Positions 1-37,134 of a stretch of DNA of 64,000 nt are shown here, piece after piece. The translations under genes and the position numbers were made by a program. The notes under the pieces were generated by a model, which ran no database searches, was not told where the DNA came from, and saw nothing but the letters and a program-made list of their open reading frames with translations. Origin of the DNA: the human T2T-CHM13v2.0 reference genome, Homo sapiens; assembly GCF_009914755.1 (NCBI RefSeq), contig NC_060947.1; one strand, given 5' to 3'. The number at the start of each line of letters is the position of its first letter. The stretch's first letter is position 1.

Positions 1-215
1 ATCAACACTCCCGACTTCCTGAGCACATACCCGCCAAATTATCCTTAAAAACTGGTCCGCGAATGCTCCAGGAGACTGATTTGAGTAATAATAAAACTCC
101 CATCTCCTGCACATCTGGCTCTGCATGAATAACTCTTTCGCCATTGCAATTCACTGGTCTTAATAAATTGGCTATGTCTAGGCAGTGGGCAAGGTGAACA
201 CATTGGGTGGTTACA
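1..215 (+). mobile_element. 3' part of an ERV1 LTR, LTR8-like (cut by window edge)
   Basis: gagactgatttgagtaataataaaactc...aggcagtgggcaaggtgaacacattgggtggttaca resembles the LTR8 3' end and ends in ...TACA. Confidence 0.7.
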
Positions 216-256
216 ATTTCAGTTTGAAAATCACTTTTACTTAATACATAGGATGA

Positions 257-602
<346 letters not shown>

Positions 603-1057
603 TATTCCTTTTTAGATAACATGTCTATTCTTACTGGAAGCTTTTAGGGTCCTTTCTTTCTTAAGTTCACTGTGAGGTATGTGTATTCTTTGCTATTTAT
701 CTTTAATATCACATAGTATACCCTAGTATGTTCCTTAATCTCTAGGAATTTTCTTGTGTCGCCTCTTTAGTAAGTTTCTGTTTTTCTCTATTTTCTTTCC
801 AGAATTCAGTGTTTGGAGATTTAACTTCTTGGGTTGAACCTCTATAGCTCTTCATTTTTCTCCTATTTTTCGTGTCCTTGTGTTTTGCTATACGTTTGGG
901 AGATTTCCTCAACTTCCAAGTTTCTATAGATGTTTACTGTTTTAGTAGTTATATTTTTAAATTCTAAGAGCTTTTTTCTATAATCCAATTATTTTTGTTA
1001 TGGTGTCATGTTCTAGCTTACTAAATGCAATTTCTCCTCATTTTTTAAAAGAAATAA

Positions 1058-1365
<308 letters not shown>

Positions 1366-2100
1366 TAGATTTCTTAAGTTCACCTCTGATCCCTGAGTTA
1401 TTTTTATTTTCTCTTGAGTTAATTGAGTGTTTCTCTTAATTGCTTTTAAGTTGCAGGCTTTACTCAATGTCTGGTGATCTTGATTATTGGTTATTTTAAA
1501 AGGCTGACTGGGGCACAGGGCTTACCATCCGGCAGAGTGAGTTGGCAGAAAGCTGCCAATATTCTCAGTTTGTTCCATTTCTTTAGAGAAATAGCCTGAT
1601 TTGTTGTTTTTGTTTTGCTGAATGATTAAACACATGGTTTCACAAGCAGTTTTTTGAGCTGGAGTTTGAAACAGAATGCAGGGATTTGGTGGTTTTCCAT
1701 CTCACTTCTCTCTCTTGTTCTCCATAGGACCTACAGACTCTGAACCTAAGACCTCTTCAGGACCTTGCAGTAACATTGGCTGCCTCCTCAGCTGTAAGTT
1801 CTTTCATGCATGTTCTAGGTTCCAGAATCCTCCTATCTGCATTCATCAGTCCACTCTTGCTGCCTAATTTGACATGATCTCTTGTCCCTCACTGGCCCCC
1901 ATTCTGTTCTATTCAAAGTTATGGGTTTGCACCTTTTTAATTTTTTTATTATTTTAATGAGATCTTGATGGGGAGAAGATAAATATGTATGCTCATTCTA
2001 CAACTTTGAATGCAAATGCCGGAGGATTTTTTTGGGGGAAGAATTTTTGTATAGATACAATTTCAAACTTCCAAGATCATTTTTGCTTCATTTGTTTTAT

Positions 2101-2126
2101 ACACACACACACACACACACACACAC
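2101..2126. repeat. (CA)n microsatellite
   Basis: acacacac run. Confidence 0.95.
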
Positions 2127-2262
2127 GTATGTGTACATGTTTTTCTAAAAATTTGAAAGTTCATTAAAGACATCCATGACCTAGCATTAAAGACTTTACC
2201 CTTAAATGCTTAAAGTATATATTTGCTAAGAATCAGACATTCTCTTATGTAAGACAGTAGAA

Positions 2263-2542
2263 TTTTCTTTTCTTTTTTTGAGACAGGGTCTCTCTCTGTC
2301 ATGGGACTAAAGTACAGGTGGTGTGATCACAGCTCACTGCAGCCTCCACCTCCTGGGATCAAGTGATTCTCCCACCTCAGCCTTCCGAGTAGCTGGGACT
2401 ATAGGTGCATGCCACCATGCCCGACTCATTTTTTGCATTTTTTGTAGAGATGGAGTTTCGCCATGTTGCCCGGGCTCAAGCGGTCTGCCCACCTCAGCCT
2501 CCCAAAGTGTGGGACTACAGGTGTGAGCCACCATGCCCAGCC
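2263..2542 (-). mobile_element. AluJ-like element with small internal deletion
   Basis: antisense Alu; aagacagta on both flanks. Confidence 0.85.
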
Positions 2543-3711
2543 AAGACAGTACAATTTTCAAGATCACAAAAATTATTTGATATACTATTATCTAACTCAT
2601 GGTCCGTCCATATTCAGATTTTATTTTCATAATTTTTTTTTAGGAAATCTTCCTGGTGTAGAAGCAAATTCAGAATTTCACACATTACGTTTAGTTGCCA
2701 TGTCTCTAAGACAGAAGAGTTCTGCGTTTCTTTGTCTTTCATAACACTAACATTTTTGGCCATTGTTTATAGAAAGTCCATTGATTTTGGGTTTTTCTAA
2801 TATGATTCAATTCAGTTGTGCATTTTTGATAAGAATATTGCAAGTGATGTTGTTTCCGACTCAGGGCGTCCTATCAGGAGCCAGGGGCTGTTAGTTGGTC
2901 ACATTACTGGTGATGTTAACTTTGATTACTTGTTAAAGTTGATGTTTGCTGGGTTTCTCCAATATGAAGTTACAGTTTTTTTTCCTTTGGAAAAAATAAG
3001 CTATTTGTGAAGAGATCGAGGGATTTAAGGACAGGAAAATTTTGAGCATACTTGAGGAAAAAGGAGCTGGTGGAGAAACAGTTACAGAAGATAATGGAAA
3101 GCATGGGATCCTGGGAGTGAGAAAAGTGGTGCCATTGTAAGAGTGAATCACTTACATAAAACAGTAGTAATCCCAAGAACAGGCATGCATCAATCTATTC
3201 ATCAAAGACTGTAGATCTGATTCACAGATGATTCACATTACTTTATTTCAGTGCCTTTGAAATCTAGTGTTCCTTCCAAAGCTGATCATGAGCGTGTCAG
3301 TGGGGAGACCTAGACAGAGGAGGAACAGGGGAGGTAGGACAATTTTCCTACTATGTTTTTGTGTAGCATTTGGATGATGAATCTTTTGGTTCCATGACCT
3401 AGTATAAACTATAAACTGAAAGTCTTCCTGATTATTCTGAAAAATACTTGAGAATTTCTTCTCTTCACAAGTTCAGTTTGGCCAATACAATCAATATTAA
3501 TGATTCAGAGATATCAAATCTTACATCTCTTGCGTTATCAATATTTCCTTTGAGCCCAGCAACTATTTTTCCCGTTTTTTAAGCTTTTTATCTTTACTCT
3601 TTTTAACTAAATTTTTTGAGACAATTATAGTTGTAAGGAATGATAGATCCTGTATAGCCTTTACCTTGTTTCTTCCCAATGAAACCATCTTGCAAAATTA
3701 TAGTACAATGA

Positions 3712-4503
3712 TGAAACAGGAGAGTTCCCTGATCCCCCTTGCAGGACATGCAACAGGGGTGTGGCTCGCCTGTTTGGTAGCTGTCGCTGCTCCTCAAACC
3801 CCTTGCAGGAGAGGAGAGCATGCAGACGGGCAGGTGCAGAGGACAGGGTGAGCGCTTTGGGCTCCAGCCCCGTGGTTGTGTCTAGGGGTAGGTGCCTGCA
3901 AGCCCAGTGTTACAATGCTCTCTTAGCCTTGCCATCTGCAGACAGCTTTTAAGTGTTAACCAGCTCGATGGACCGTCTGCCTTTTCTCAAGGGCAGAGGG
4001 CCAGTGTGACAGCTTCCTGTACCCCGAGCTCTTGCCCAGCATCCCAGAAGAATCGGGTCACACACAGTATTGAAGGATGAATGTGAGGTTTTATTGAGTG
4101 GTGGAGGTGGCTCTCAGTGGGATGGATGGGAGCTGAAATGGGGGGATGGAGTGAGAAGATGATCTTCCCCTGCAGTTGGGCCATCCAGTGGCCGAAATCG
4201 TCTCTGACCACCCCCAGCCAAACTCCTCTCAGTGTTCAAATGTTCCTCCTCTTCTTCTTTCTCTGCCATGTCATTCCACCGTTCATCTGCTTGTCTCATC
4301 TCCTGGTCTCTTCTGGAGCCTGGGGTTTGGGGTTTATATGGGTACAGCATAGGAGGCATGACAGGCAAAAAGGCAACATTTTGGGACAAAAACAGGAATG
4401 CCTGTTCTCACTTAGGGCCTCGGATATCCAGGCTTGAGGGTGGGGCCTTTGCTAGGGAACCACCCTCTTCTATCTAGTGTTTCCCTGTCTCCTGTCCATA
4501 TCA
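3712..4503 (-). mobile_element. Solo ERV1 LTR, LTR1-family-like (~790 bp)
   Basis: minus strand begins TGATATGGACAGGAGACAGGGAAACACTAG and ends CCTGTTTCA (TG...CA); GC-richer than flanks; inserted in an old L1 3' fragment. Confidence 0.7.
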
Positions 4504-5049
4504 ATATGATAATTGTATCATATTGCTACAGTCAAGCTTTAGAACATTTCCATCACGTCAAGGATCCTTCATGTTGCCCTTTTATAACCATACCAATTTT
4601 CCTCCCACCCTCACCTCTCCTTAACTCCTGTGAGCACAGTTATTCAAAATGTATTAATATAAATGTCATAGAGTAATGTTTTTAGATGTGAACTGGTTAG
4701 TGAGTCCAATTCTGCCTAATAAAGTCATGTAAATGGTAAACATCAATGAACTTCTCCAGCAAAGGCTAGTGGGGCTTACCGTTTTTTTAACTTTTTATTT
4801 TGGAAAAATTCTAGATTTACACAAAAGTTTACAGAGAGTTCCCATATATCTTTCACTCAACTTCCCTTAATAGTAATATCTTTATATATACCATGACAAT
4901 TTCTCAAAACTAAGCCATGACTATTGGTATATTTATGAGATTAGAGACTTTGTTTGGATTACACCAGTTTTTCCACTAAAGTTCTTTTTCTGTTCTAGGA
5001 TCCAGTTCAAGATACCACAGCATATTTAATTGTGGCATTATTTTAATTA

Positions 5050-5141
5050 CTCATGTATTGCATAATGACATTTTGATCAATGATGGAATGCATATACAAT
5101 GGTGGTCCCATGAGATTACAGTATCATATTTTTACTACACC
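5050..5141 (+). mobile_element. Left end of Tigger3/MER7-type DNA transposon
   Basis: tcatgtattgcataatgacattttgatcaatgatggaatgcatatacaatggtggtcccatgagattaca...tttttactacacc matches the recalled Tigger3 terminus with CpG decay. Confidence 0.65.
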
Positions 5142-5142
5142 A

Positions 5143-24896
<19,754 letters not shown>

Positions 24897-25171
24897 ATCT
24901 CATTCTGTCACCCAGGCTGGAGTGCCTGGGTGGTGTCATCATGGCTCACTGCGGCTGAGCCTCTGGAACCCAAGCAATTCCCCCACCTCAGCCTCTTAAG
25001 TAGCCGGGGCTACAGTTGCGTGCCACCACACCTAGCGAATTTTAAAATTTTTTATAGAGACAGGGTCCCACTATGTTTCCAAGGCTAGTCTCAAACTCCT
25101 AGACTCAAGTGATTCTTGTGCCTTGGCCACCCAAAGTTCTGAGAGTACATGTGTAAGCCACCGCATTTGGC
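24897..25171 (-). mobile_element. Old (AluJ-like) Alu whose tail position is occupied by the satellite
   Basis: atctcattctgtcacccaggctggagtgc...gccaccgcatttggc directly follows the last repeat unit; no poly-T. Confidence 0.85.
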
Positions 25172-25199
25172 TTCCCTGTTGTTAATTAATTCATGACTG
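25172..25199 (+). mobile_element. Right terminal fragment of Tigger3/MER7-type element
   Basis: ttccctgttgttaattaattcatgactg resembles the recalled Tigger3 end tccccgtcgttaagcgacgcatgactg; ends in catgactg, the reverse complement of the CAGTCATG TIR. Confidence 0.5.
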
Positions 25200-25413
25200 C
25201 TAAGAATTTATCTGGTGCTGCTTAGAGAAAAAAAATTGTAGAACAATTCTATTTTTTATCTAAGATACTTGCATGTTGAGATGCCATCCACATTTAGCCA
25301 TTTAATACATAATATTGGTTTAACATTTTATCGAGGAAAGCCTGCCCTAGCACCAATAGGAAAAAATCAAACAACAAATGGATGGGCTGTTAGATCTTTC
25401 AAAACTGTTTATG

Positions 25414-25726
25414 GGCCAGGTGCGGTGGCTCAGGCCTATAATCCCAGCACTTTGGGAGGCTGAGGCAGGAGGATTGCTTGAGCCAGGAGTTCCAGACCAG
25501 CCTGGGCAACATAGCGAGATCTGTCTCTGCAAAAATAAAAAATTAACAACAGAAAACACTAGCTGGCCATGGTGGTGTGCACCTATAATTCTACCTGCTT
25601 GGGAGGCTGAGGTGGGAGGATTGTTTGAGCCCAGGAGTTTGAGGCTACAGTGAGCTATGATTGCACAGCTGCATTCCAGCCTGGGCAACAGAGCCAGACC
25701 TAGACCCTGTCTCAAAAAAAAAAAAA
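25414..25726 (+). mobile_element. AluJ-like element
   Basis: dimeric Alu with A tail. Confidence 0.85.
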
Positions 25727-27418
25727 TGCTTAGGGAATAGTGCTCATATTGTTTTATCATTATTTGCTTGAGAGAGAATTAAAACTGGGATATTTTTGAA
25801 GAGAAATGTTGAAGGTTCACAAAAACAAGTACTATTATTCTTCAATTTATTACTACTTTCTGGGTGGTAGAAAAATAATCTGATAAATATTTCAGAAATT
25901 TTCCTTCAAACTTATTCATTATTCATTTAATTCAACATTCTTTCAGTAGATATTTATTGAATGCTTAGAATATGCCAAGCACTGTTTTAAACTCTTGGGA
26001 CTCATCAGTGCAGGGTGGACATCCTGATTGTAAAAGGCTCTCAGCCTCCCCTCACACACCGCAGCAACTGTCTTTTAATTACTCTAGATTTTATTGTTCC
26101 TTTTGCCTCTGCATAAAGATCCATGTGACACTAAAATGGTAAACATCTACTGTCCCTAATGAGACTCCAATATCCAAGACTAAATCCTCCTTTTTAAAAA
26201 AGCAGAGCGTTTTCCTTTAGCTGCTGTGAGAAGGATTTTATAGCTCACCCTGGCGTTTTTGGTAGGAAGAGAGCACTTCTAGAATGATTATGACTTGGAA
26301 CGCATCTTCCTTATACTCTATGATTTTTTTTTCCTGAATCCCACCATCAAATATTCTCTGAGCTACGGCAATCTTAGTTAAAATTTTTCCTCTTCACCAA
26401 AAAACACAAACTGTATATCAAGTTCAAAGTGAGCAAAACTGATTGGTGATAAAGCAATGGTTACCCTTTCTGGAGAACTAACTCAGATGGGTAACAAAAG
26501 AGCCTTCTGAGATGCCTGAAATATCCCATATCTTGATCTGGTTGAGTATATGGGTGTCTATATATGTAAAAATTTTCACGCTGTACATTGAAGATGTGTG
26601 TACTTTTATATATCAGTAACTTAAATGAGAAAATAGATTCTTATCCTCTCTCATTAAAATAAGTCATCTGTTGCACTCTCTCCAGTTTTTCCATTTAATT
26701 TTTTCATTTTAATTTACATGTTTATTTTCAAATATCTCTTGAATATTAAACTCTTTAGTTTTGCAGCATAAATTATTAGTAATTAAAGTCCCTGGCATGA
26801 GAAAATGGTAGGGATTCTGGTCTAAGTTGTAATTATGTGGAGAGTAAAATAACAGAAACTCACATATAGATCACAAACAGAAGCCATACTCTTATGTTCC
26901 GTGAACTAGAACTCAGAGGTTTCTAGTACTAAAAGGAAGATATGGAAAATGAATCCTGAAGGACAATTAAGGGCTATACTAGACCAAGTATTTCTGGGAA
27001 TTCTCAAGATCCTTTACCTGGGTCCACAGTTCTGGTGGATAAAGGGCTACCATGGCCAGATAAGCTGGGATCCCACTGCTGAACCTCTCTGTCCCCCAAG
27101 CTGAAGTTCGCAGCTGTGCCTTCATGTCCATCTGCGATGATTTCAAAGTTTCTTCACCATTTACACACACCCCTTTAAAAATAAGAGAGCACTAGGCACT
27201 CCCTCCGTCTTTCTCAGTAGTATTAATAGAGTGATCCTAGAATGGGGTACTTGGGCCTGGGAAGACTGCAGAATGGGGTTCCTGCATGCAGGCTTCGCCC
27301 TGAGGGCATAGCACACTTCCTTAGTGGCCCGGGCCAGGGCTGCTCTGGCACTGTTGGACAACCTGTGCTGTCCTCATACTGGGGTCAGAACCATCACTGC
27401 GTCTCAATCCTCCACTGA

Positions 27419-27874
<456 letters not shown>

Positions 27875-28102
27875 TCAATCAAGTCTTTATGAAGCTCCCA
27901 TTATTTGCCAGGCAGTATGTACGACTGTATATGTGTATAGAAAAAAACCTCATTTGGAGACATGAGTTTTTCTTTTGTCTTAAATTGCTCCTCAGCAGTG
28001 TGTAAAACAAGGGCTAGCATTAGGCAGAAAGATGTGGCTTAAATCTACTTACCAGAATATTCAAGTCCCAGCTCCATGTCAGCAAAAAAAATGCTCAACC
28101 AC

Positions 28103-28201
28103 TTTTTTTTTTTTTTGAGATGGAGTCTCGCTCTTGTTGCCCAGGCTAGAGTGCAGTGGCGCAATCTCGGCTCACTGCAACCTCACCCTCCTGGGTTCAA
28201 G
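28103..28201 (-). mobile_element. Heavily 5'-truncated Alu
   Basis: about 100 bp of right arm; TSD gctcaaccactt / gctcagccactt. Confidence 0.75.
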
Positions 28202-28360
28202 CTCAGCCACTTAATTTTTATGAGAGATAAACCTAGAATGTGCCAAGTGGAAAGCCTATCCGTTGACCAAAGGTAATGTGTTTATACTAGTCCAAATAAC
28301 TGGTTATGAAAAAGCCAGAGTTCTAAAGTTAAGATGGAAAAGTGAGCCTGTGTATGTGAA

Positions 28361-28660
28361 TTTTTTTTTTTTTTTTTTCAGATGGAGTCTCACTCTGTCG
28401 CCCAGGCTGGAGTGCATTGGCGCGATCTCAGCTCACTGCAGGCTCCGCCCCCTGGGGTTCACGCCATTCTCCTGCCTCAGCCTCCCGAGTAGCTGGGACT
28501 ACAGGCGCCCGCCACCTCGCCCGGCTAATTTTTTGTATTTTTAGTAGAGACGGGGTTTCACTGTGTTAGCCAGGATGGTCTCGATCTCCTGACCTTGTGA
28601 TCCGCCTGCCTCGGCCTCCCAGAGTGCTGGGATTACAGGCGTGAGCTACCGCGCCCGGCC
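28361..28660 (-). mobile_element. Young CpG-rich AluY
   Basis: Y diagnostics; many intact CpGs; TSD gtgaattttttt. Confidence 0.9.
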
Positions 28661-28880
28661 GTGAATTTTTTTTCATTTGATCTCTTGTGTCAAAAGCACA
28701 AACAGCACAAAAGCTATCAAAATTTAAAGGGTTAATGATGTAAGAGTACTTTAAGCCAAGTATATTTTGATGACCATGTGACTCAACCAAATCTACGACT
28801 CACTTTCAATGCAGATACATTTAAAAATCTCAAAAAGAGCCCCACTTTAGCGAAGTCAAATTTTCATGACAATTGCTTCA

Positions 28881-29284
<404 letters not shown>

Positions 29285-29828
29285 CTAGTCCTCAGACATT
29301 TTAAAGTAAAAACTTTTGCTACTCTAGTCCAGTGGTTCTAATTCCTGGCTGGAGATAGAATTATTAGGGAGTTTTTAAAACATTGATTCCTGGGTCCCAA
29401 CAGCTATTAACTTCTGAGTTAGGCGGCCTAGGGTGAGGTCTGAACAAGATCTAGTCATGTAAAGCGTGACTGTACCTTAGATTGGGGAAAAAAATCTGCA
29501 GCTCACGTTGGCTTAAAGATAATACAGGACATAAAACAACAATCCATCCATCAACTGAAATTGTATAACTCTAGCAATTTTAGGGGGCCCAATCATCAGG
29601 CAAACATCCTTCAAGATCAAACTAAAGACAAAGGGCACCTGCTCAAAATGGGTATAAAATCTCAAGTTTCTGTGGCAGAGATAGGCATCTTCCATTCCAT
29701 TGCTGGAGATATGTGGGGCTCCCTCAGAGAAGACTTAGAGACCAGAAATGAAATCAGTATGTCCTTTTGTCAGAATACCCATTTGTAAGAGTTGCGTAGA
29801 GCTCAGGAGCATAAAAAAGCACTACAGG

Positions 29829-30014
29829 GTGGGCCCAGTGGCTCACACCTGTAATTTCAGCCCCTTGGGAGGCCGAGACAGGCAGATCACTTGAGCTCAG
29901 GAGTTCAAAACCAGCCTGGGCAACATAGTGAGACCTTGTCCTTACAAAAAATTTAAAAATTAGCTGAATGTGATAGCATGCGCCTGTAGTCCCAGCTACT
30001 CAGGAGGCTGAGGT
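29829..30014 (+). mobile_element. 3'-truncated Alu
   Basis: left arm plus start of right arm, breaks off at ggaggctgaggtg. Confidence 0.8.
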
Positions 30015-30202
30015 GCCTGACTTCATAGTTATGAAACTCACCTGCTGCCAAAACCTGCCTCATCCTTCTTTTATAAACAATCATAATCATTTTTAGTGTG
30101 GTTTTAAAACCATGGACTTCTTCCATAGTTTAAAATTCTAAACCTATGTTTTTGGTGAAACAGCTCAAAAGACCCTAAAAATCTGACACATTTTAATTAG
30201 TA

Positions 30203-30443
30203 TTTCATTACTTCCTTCTGAATCGTAAGAGTTTTTCAAAACTGTGGCATTAAAACCGGGGTATGGTGGCTTCTGCCTATAATCCCAGCTACTCAGGAGG
30301 CTGGGGTAGGAAGATTGCTTGAGCCCAGGAAGTTGAAGTTGCAGTGAGCTGAGATGGCAGCACTGCACTCCAGCCTGAAGGACAGAGTGAGACCCCATCT
30401 CTTAAAAGAAAAAACTAAAAACAAAGTGATGGAGTTCAAGTTT
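30203..30443 (+). repeat. Inverted copy of 31308-31550 (Alu monomer plus unique flanks)
   Basis: tttcattacttccttctgaatc...gatggagttcaagttt is the diverged reverse complement of aaacttgaactccatc...gaaaggagtaatgaaa. Confidence 0.85.
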
Positions 30444-30456
30444 ATGGTTAAACTTC

Positions 30457-30960
<504 letters not shown>

Positions 30961-31336
30961 CTTTGTTTTTAAAGTAGAATAATATTCTGTTGCATGTACA
31001 TGCCATAATTTCTTTGTAACATTAGAAAGCTACATTTCTTAATAGCATTTGCTATATGTGTGTCTATACACACAGTTTTACATCTTCAATATACATTGCT
31101 TCATTCATTTGAGCTCCCTGGGAGAGGGTATGTAGAAGAATTAATTTCCAGTTGGGGAAGTGAGGCATTGTCTATAAGAATTTTTATCAGGGCACACGTA
31201 ATTCTGGGAAAAGTGGAAGTCTTAGCAGACAGGGTCCATCTGCCTTGTGCTCTATGTTTCTCTAAGAATGAGCAAAGATTCATATTCCTAACAGCACAAA
31301 TACATGCAAACTTGAACTCCATCGTTTTATTTTTAG

Positions 31337-31585
<249 letters not shown>

Positions 31586-32529
31586 TAATTGGGTTTAGAA
31601 ATCAAAGTGGAAATTAGATTATGATTCCATTGTATTAACATAAGTTTCACTTAGGTCTAATTTAGATTGTTGAGAGTCAGCATTACAGAGCGTGTATATA
31701 TATATAAAGGTTTGTAGCAGCAACATTGTGAAAACTAGAAGGCCTAGTCTGGATGCAACATTCAACATACCACTTTTGAGAACAGGGTTAATGGTTTGGG
31801 CTAAGATAACTTGATGTCCTTACAAACTTTTGATATTTAAGCTTTCCTTTTAAAATAATTGTAGATTCACAGAATGTAGCAAACATAGTACATAGAGTCC
31901 CATGAACCCTTCTCCCAGTGGTAACATCTTTTATAACTTTAGCATAACACCATGATACTTGATATTAAAAATGGTTTCAGTTCATTCGAGGTTTGTAGCA
32001 AAGGAAACAAACAGGCCAAGTAATTTCATCTGAGATGTAATTTTATCTAGCCTCCACTGTGGAAGATTGCATAGAAAAAGAATAGTGGTATGCTCTTTTG
32101 AGATAAATAACCCTTAGTCATGTAAAAGGTGGTAATTCGTGTATGCAAGAGAACTATTCATTAGTTAGAATATGGTTTAAGGCTCATCTGCCTGACATTT
32201 AACAAAGCGCATAATGGTTAGCTGATCAATCTGGAGTCCCCACAACTTCATATATCCTCAATTTTAATTGAAAGTCTTCTATATTCAGTTGCCTATAATT
32301 AATGTGACAATGCTTAAGTCACATAATATATTCAATTCTATAGAATAAATTGCACTATTCTAAGAGATTATGTGGCAGTTTAAAATCTAATGAGACTCTC
32401 ACGCATTAATATTTCAATATAAATAATCATTAGATTCACTATTTGATATCTGCTTAATTGAAATGCATATGAATATTTTGACAAAGCAGCTTATCTGTAT
32501 GCATGGATTTAAAAGAGCTAAGATTTCCA

Positions 32530-33933
<1,404 letters not shown>

Positions 33934-34189
33934 TCACATTTAGGTACAAAGAAAAAATATTTACCTTCTGAATGGGCACAATGAATGAAACATTATATTA
34001 ACTCCTCCATTTGTGTTAAGCTCATTTTTTAAAAACACCCATATTTCTGCAAGGATAAGCATACACATATGCTACATCTTTTTATGCCATATGAATTCCT
34101 ATGATGGTGTTTTATTTTTGTTTTAGGGTATAGCCTGGACTATTAATGGTTAAGGATTCTATCTATGAAATCCTTGTTCCACCTACCAC

Positions 34190-34380
34190 CTACTTGCTTT
34201 GTCATCTTCTACAAATTGCTTTATTTCTCTCAAATTCAGGCACCTCATTTTAAAAATGTAAATGATAATAGCACTCTGCCTCATTGAGTTGTTGTGAAAA
34301 TTAAATGAGTTATTACAGTCAAGGCACAAAGAACAGTGCCTAGCATGTTCTAACTGCTAAAAAGCTGTTAGCTATTATTA
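34190..34380 (+). mobile_element. MIR
   Basis: MIR core: aatgataatagcac...gagttgttgtgaaaattaaatgag...aacagtgcctagca. Confidence 0.7.
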
Positions 34381-34420
34381 TCATTATGCTATAATTACTA
34401 TTTTAAAACTATCATTATTA

Positions 34421-35131
<711 letters not shown>

Positions 35132-36255
35132 TCAAGAGGCAGAGGCATGAGAATCGCTTGAACCCAGGAGGCAGAGGTTGCAGTGAGAGCCAACATGGTG
35201 CCACTGCACTCTAGCCCAGGAGACAGTGAGATTCTGTCTCAAGAAACAATAACAAAAACAAAAACAACAACAACAACAAAACAAAAAACAAAAAAAAACC
35301 ACATAAGAAAATCTTAATAGCCTAACTTTACACCTTGAGGAACTAGAAAAAATAGTGAATTAAACCAAAAGCTGGCAGAAGGAAGGAAATAATAATGGTT
35401 AGAGCAGAGATAACTAAAATAGAGTTTAGAAAAACAAGAGAGAGACAATGAAAACAAAAGTTGGTTCTTTGATAAGGAAAAGAAAATGGACAAACCTTAA
35501 GCTAGACTGACAACGAAAAGAGATAATATCTAAAATCAGAAATGGAGACATTATTACTAATATTACAGAAATAAAAAAGATTGTGAGAGAATACTATGGA
35601 CAATTGCACACCAAGAAATTAGGTAACCTAAATGAAATGGACAAATTCCTAGAAACACACAGGTTACCTAAGGGACTCAAGAAGAAATGTAATTTCTTAG
35701 ACTTACAACAGATTGAATGAATAATCAAAAACCTTCCAAAAAGGAAACATCCAGGACTACATGGCTTTAGTGGTCAATTCTACCAAACATTTAAAGACGA
35801 ATTAACACCAACTCTTCTCAAATTCTTCCAAAAAATAGAAGTGAAGGGAACACTTCCTGTCTTATTCTGTTAGGCTAGCATTACCTTGATACCAAACCAG
35901 ACAAAGACATCACGAGGAAATTACCAGTATCCTTACGAATATAGATGCAAGAATCCTCAACAAAATACTAGCAAATTGAGTCCAAGAGTGTATTTAAAAT
36001 ATTGTACACCATGACCAAGTGGGATTTATCCCAGGAATGTAAGGGTGGTTCGACATAAGAAAAGTCAACAATGTAATACATCACATTAACAGAACAAAAG
36101 AAAAAAATCATCTCAATTGATGCAGAAATAACATTTGAGAAAATCTAATACCCTTTCGTGATTTAAAAAAAAAAAACACTCAAAACTATGCATAGAAGGA
36201 AACTTCCTCAACATGGTAAAGGGCATTAATAAAAATTTCACAGCTAACATCATAT

Positions 36256-36679
36256 CCAAATCTCATGCTTAGTTGTAATCCCCAATGTTGTGGGTGGGTT
36301 GGGGGTGGGGTGGGAGATAATTTGATCATGGGGGCAGATTTCCCCCTTGGTACTTTGGTACTGTTGTCATTATAGTGAGTGAGTGTGTTATCGTGAGATG
36401 TGGTTGTTTACAAGTTATGTAGCACCACCTCCCCCTCTCTCTAACTCCTGTTCCAGCCATGTGAAGTGCTGGCTTTCCCCTTTGCCTTCCACCATGAGTA
36501 AAAGCTTCCTGAGGCATCCCCAGAAACGGATGCTGCCATGCCTGTACAGCCTACCGAACTGTGAGCCAATTAAACATCTTTTCTTTATGAATTACCCAGT
36601 CTCAGGTATTTCTCTTTTTTTTTTCTTTTCCTAAGTTGGGGGACTTATTCACTAGAATCTCTCTCTCACTCTCTCTCTC

Positions 36680-36734
<55 letters not shown>

Positions 36735-37089
36735 ATGTTTTAAATTTTTATTTCAATAGGTTTTGGGGGAACAGGTAGTATTTAGTTACATAGATAAGTT
36801 CTTTAGTGGTGATTTCTGAGATTTTGGTGCACCCATCACGTGAGCAGTGTACACTGTACCCAGTGTGTAGTCACCCCTCACAGCCTTTCCCCTGAGTCCC
36901 CAAAGTCCATTGTTTCATTCTTATGCCTTTGCATCCTCATAGCTTAGCTCCCACTTATGAGTGAGAACATACGGAGTTTGGTTTTCCATTCCTGAGTTAC
37001 TTCATTTAGGATAATGGTCTCTCCAATTCCATCCAGGTTGCTGTGAATACCATTATTTTGTTCCTTTTTTTGGCTGAGTAGTATTCCAT

Positions 37090-37134
<45 letters not shown>
